In this document: positions 63,897 through 64,000 of the stretch, piece by piece
Numbering within the stretch: the stretch's first letter is position 1
Layout of the letters: the number at the start of each line of letters is the position of its first letter
Assembly (NCBI GenBank): GCA_963724335.1
Contig: CAVRUP010000024.1
Span: forward strand, 19,265 to 83,264
Direction of reading: 5' to 3'
Length of the DNA stretch: 64,000 nt
Source of the DNA: an uncultured Alphaproteobacteria bacterium
GTDB taxonomy: Bacteria; Pseudomonadota; Alphaproteobacteria; Rhizobiales; Xanthobacteraceae
Made by a program: the position numbers and the translations under genes
Notes under the pieces: model-generated
Told to the model about the DNA's origin: nothing
The model's database searches: none
Seen by the model: the letters and a program-made list of their open reading frames with translations, nothing else

Positions 63897-64000
63897 GTGC
63901 CAAAAGTTTCGGCCTATATCCTGACCTTCAACGAGGAGGAAAAGATCGAGGCCGCGGTCGCGAGCGTGCTGTGGGCCGACGAGGTTGTCGTCGTCGATTC
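63897..64000 (+). CDS. Glycosyltransferase family 2, N-terminus (runs off window end)
   Basis: GTG start, PKVSAYILTFNEEEKIEAAVASVLWADEVVVVD. Confidence 0.8.
   Translation, partial: MPKVSAYILTFNEEEKIEAAVASVLWADEVVVVD

Overview
High-GC alphaproteobacterial chromosome segment; gene content and REP-type palindromes suggest Hyphomicrobiales (inference). Many otherwise intact genes carry 1-bp frameshifts, most likely long-read assembly errors. The left half (1-34 kb) mixes metabolic genes with accessory DNA. A 5.5-kb island (IS5, patatin, ISL3-disrupted LysR, IS200) sits between the two arms of one palindromic repeat. It is followed by an orphan GTA-type terminase pair, a DUF1778/GNAT toxin-antitoxin module and a nuclease-domain remnant. 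A 5.6-kb nested stack (22.7-28.3 kb) holds an IS630 carrying an intact RmInt1-like group II intron and a 209-bp MITE, joined by a deletion to a second group II intron that sits in one IS5 and is split by another. Next is a TPP-riboswitch thiM-thiE-thiD operon translationally coupled to an orphan TRAP solute-binding protein. The right half has a CyaC-like cyclase, cytochromes c, a form II CoxL-like subunit coupled to an RND pump, murJ, an FNR-box CMD gene and an LPS/polysaccharide cluster with cysD/cysNC. No rRNA, tRNA or CRISPR array was seen.
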